DNA of 64,000 nucleotides. Source: Azolla caroliniana (taxonomy: Eukaryota; Plantae; Polypodiophyta). The notes below the pieces were generated by a model. It did no database searches and was not told the origin of the DNA. It saw only the letters and a list, made by a program, of their open reading frames with translations. Position numbers and translations under genes: made by a program. The stretch covers positions 21,452,001 through 21,516,000 of the forward strand of contig JBHGNT010000009.1 in NCBI GenBank assembly GCA_043228905.1, given 5' to 3'. This document shows, one piece after another, positions 60,430 to 64,000 of this stretch. How positions within the stretch are numbered: the stretch's first letter is position 1; every line of letters starts with the position of its first letter.

Positions 60430-63100
60430 CACAGGTGACGCATATGGTGGGCAGATCATTCATAAATATGTATATGCACGACGCACATGTGTTGGGCGAT
60501 CTAAGTTTTCCGAATGCATGTTCTACAAGGTTTTTTGTCGTAGGGCAACGAACAAGTCACTCGTAACTATGTACATATAGGGCCTCACACGTATATTTGA
60601 ATATGCATATTAGTTTCTGATACAAATTCTCACAAGATTTTGTATATAGATTCAATAAGAAAAAGGGTGCATTCATTTTTTTCATGGATATATGTAAGAG
60701 CTTCTTACGTGGAGTTTACACATAGCGAATCTCCCCTCAAACCAACACTAGGACATTGAAGTAGAGCATGACAATTTGATATTATCTTAAAGGAAGAAGT
60801 AATAGCAAAGATCTTCTTGAAAGGGAATTTGAGATCTCCGCGCATGTGATTATCCAAACTATATTATTTGTAACTTGTAAGTTTGTAACACTTGAAGCTA
60901 ATTTGTTGATATCCTTTAGTCACCTCTCATATTGTGTTAAATTTTTTATCAAGTCAACAAGCGTAACTACTATAGCACTTTTGAGCATCCACAAACACTT
61001 CTTTTATAAACTTAACCACGACATCACCTTTCAACATACATCAAGGTCATTCTTATCCTCTTAGAGCACTCTTGCATATACTTCAATCCCTTTTTCTTTA
61101 TCTACTAAGGTGCAACTAGGTAGCTTTGACACCCTAGTGCGTATTGTTAGGTCACTAACAAAAATGGAATGGGATTGCTCGAGTCTTGAATTACCGCTGT
61201 GACAATTGGATCTTAATCTCCTTCTACAGACTTGGTGATCCTCTATTAGTAATAATCATAATTGCCAACACACTTTTTTTAAAGCGCATGAGTAGGGTCA
61301 TTATGGGAAAAAGAACAAGCATGCTTTGCTAAATAACAATTCATTAACTCTTGTTAATAATAATTTCTTCCTAGGGATCATGATAGAATAATTGTGCTCA
61401 TTGGAAAATGTAATAAACCTACTAGACCGCACTTTGAATTGGTTCCTTTGATTTAATCCATTATAAACACATAATGGGAACAAAACAAATGTAAGTATTG
61501 TGTTTCCTGGCTTCAAGTAAAAAAACAGTCCAAACCTAAATCCCACAATGATATCTCAATGTTTGTGCATTTTAGATTGGCGAATCCATCCATATCAAAT
61601 ATCATACCAAAAGCACACATGCCCCTAATTCAATTTACTACATATTCCTACACACATAATCCCTTGATCTCTTTCTTGGAACATGTGCCTACACATATGT
61701 AAAGGGAACATTTTGTCACTCAATAATATGCATCGTACTTAAGAGAGAGCTTAAGCCTTAGACCTACTCATAATTGGTTAGCATTCCATCATTGATCCCT
61801 TAAAAAATTACACACGCAAGTATTAAAGACACCATTGTCTCCCAAAATATTCACTTGTATTGAAACAAAGCAAGAACTCGAAACTTTTTATTTCTCTATA
61901 ACTAATGTCTAAATGTCAATCAAATAATTATCATGGAGTTTGAAAGAGAATAAAACGACAAACTGTATTTGAAATGGTACATTGCAATCTAGTCATAAAG
62001 CACGTGCACGAGTGTGTGTGTGTAAACATGGTCTATGGTTTAAATGATTTTCAAGGTCCATATTCACATAATTATTGCAAATTTATATCTCATTAAACTT
62101 GATCTCTAATTATTGACGTAAGAGCATCGACTTCGTTATCAGCCACCCTATCATATGCATATGACCTATCATTTTATAGCCCTCTCACTAAGGCCTTTTC
62201 AAATTTGGGTGTGCAGTGCCAAAAGTTATGACCTTTTCTCCAAAAAAGCCCAAACCCAAAAGTACACGGTGTTTGGTAGGCATACTATTCTACTAAAGGA
62301 CCGTCATAATCTCCATGTTATTGTTACAAAATCATTTTTTGTGTTATGTACCATATTTCATTAACACAAACTTTATTTATCGAGTCAAGTGCAACAACTT
62401 GGTTGTTGATATCAACTATCAATTTAGAATCCTCTCAATAAGATCTCCAAATTTGGAGAATGGTGTGAAAGATAATGATCTTTTCAATAAAAGAAACTCC
62501 AAAGGCTCTTCAATAGAAACCTCTTTCTTATTGGGTCAAACTTGAGTCCACAATTTTTGCAATCTATTTTTCTTGAAAAGATTGAAATCATAAATAATGC
62601 GTCATGAGGATCAATGTTGCCATGTCACTACTTTGGCACGTTGGATATATGTTTTGATATTTCTAGTAGGATTTTTGATTCTATCATGTTGCAAATATCC
62701 TTGTTATCCAATCATTACATATATTTGTATAAGATTTTACATGAAATTGCCCACAATCTTGTTGATATGTTAGAATTGTAGCCAATGGATTCGTTCAATG
62801 CCACATTCGAAGCCGTTAGGAGAGAGAAATCAAGTGCAGAATGTATTGCCAGATCATGATAAGGTACAATATGTATGTATGCAATATTTTTTTTGAGATG
62901 ATGCAATAACTCTTTTAGCATGTGTGGTTGATGTGAGATTGCATCTACATCCATGTAAATATGACAAGTCCTCTTGCTACATGTTGTACAATTTAGAACA
63001 TGACACGTCATTCTCGTTCGTAGAAATCTCAGATGAATGATAACTATAAAGCCTAAAATGTGGTGAACGTTCTACACATTGTTACTTTATATTTCTGCAT
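60430..63100 (-). mobile_element. Highly decayed CACTA-like transposase remnant (bounds approximate)
   Basis: Fragmentary motifs DPTHALKK (cf. DPMH..KN), DKNDLDVC, FFLIESIYKIL; many stops. Confidence 0.45.
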
Positions 63101-64000
63101 TATATGTAGTGCATCTTTATTGATGATTCTCTTTGGTTATTTGCAACTTTCAATTCTAATCGGTTGGTTGTAGACTAATGGCAAGGGATTTATATACATA
63201 TAGATCTTAATCTCCTATGTGGATTTTTCACAATATCCCCTCTTCTCCTAAGTATACAAATAACAACTTTCATAACTTGTTGCTTTAAGTACATTATTTT
63301 CCTCGTTAAAGTACTTTGTATATTAAACATGATAATATTTAAGGCTATTGCCCTTATCATGTAGTGAGGATCTTATGACAAGGTAAACTTTTTGACTTAC
63401 TAACCTTGTGGGGCATAAGGGTTCAAAAAGAGCACATACATTGACCTATATCATTTTCAAGGATATTTGTCAAAGATTAATATTCTTTTTGTTCAAGATT
63501 TGGGATTAGTTGAAAGAGGGGCGTGAATGTGATGAGATACATAGAGAACATACATGTGAGCTAATGAATGCAGATGATGTGTATGGAAAGTGGGGAGATC
63601 ACTAGTAAATAGATATAACCAGGTATAGATTGGTTAGAGACATGCAAAAGTGTAAGATAAATAAGAGATGTCACCCAAATGTAAGTAGACGTCTTGTGGC
63701 GAGCTTTTGTACAACCATCACAGGGTATATAGTAGCTGAGAATCATGGGATAATTTAGGCAAGGTCTACCCGATAAAGGGACTAAGTTGTGTACAAAAGG
63801 ACATATTTAACTAATGGAGTATATTCTTTTTTGGGAAAAAAATTTGTAATATTCTTATTTTCTTTATTGTTCTAAATCCACATATGTTTATCTTGCAACC
63901 TCTTAATATTGGGATTTATATTTTATTTGTTCAAGATTTGGGGTTTTACTCGAGACAAACTCTAATATTCTTATTTTCTTTATTGTTCTAAATCCATCCA

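Overview
Eukaryotic, repeat-dominated plant DNA; spliced nuclear genes plus a Tcn1-type chromovirus suggest a non-seed plant such as a fern (inference). The centre is a five-level nested stack. An old gypsy integrase was split by a hAT-type MITE (9809-34730), which received copia A (10275-34465, +). Copia A in turn received a 5'-truncated LINE in its 5' LTR, copia B (12188-18147, -), a same-family copia C (21150-26666, -) and an apparently intact chromovirus D (27831-33499, +); the LTR-element and MITE insertions are bounded by readable TSDs. Three host genes are supported: a 4-exon PsaN-like plastid protein (35947-41699, +), a trihelix transcription factor (52286-53476, +) and an 8-exon HNH-motif/coiled-coil protein (58466-54436, -). 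The rest is decayed copia, gypsy, LINE and CACTA sequence. The most striking element is D, which has no tRNA PBS but a self-priming PBS, an antisense tRNA-like (A/B box) cassette at the start of each LTR, and a G_UUA_AAC plus hairpin -1 frameshift signal. tRNA-like cassettes also recur in other LTR-like segments. All calls are by eye; no database searches were run.
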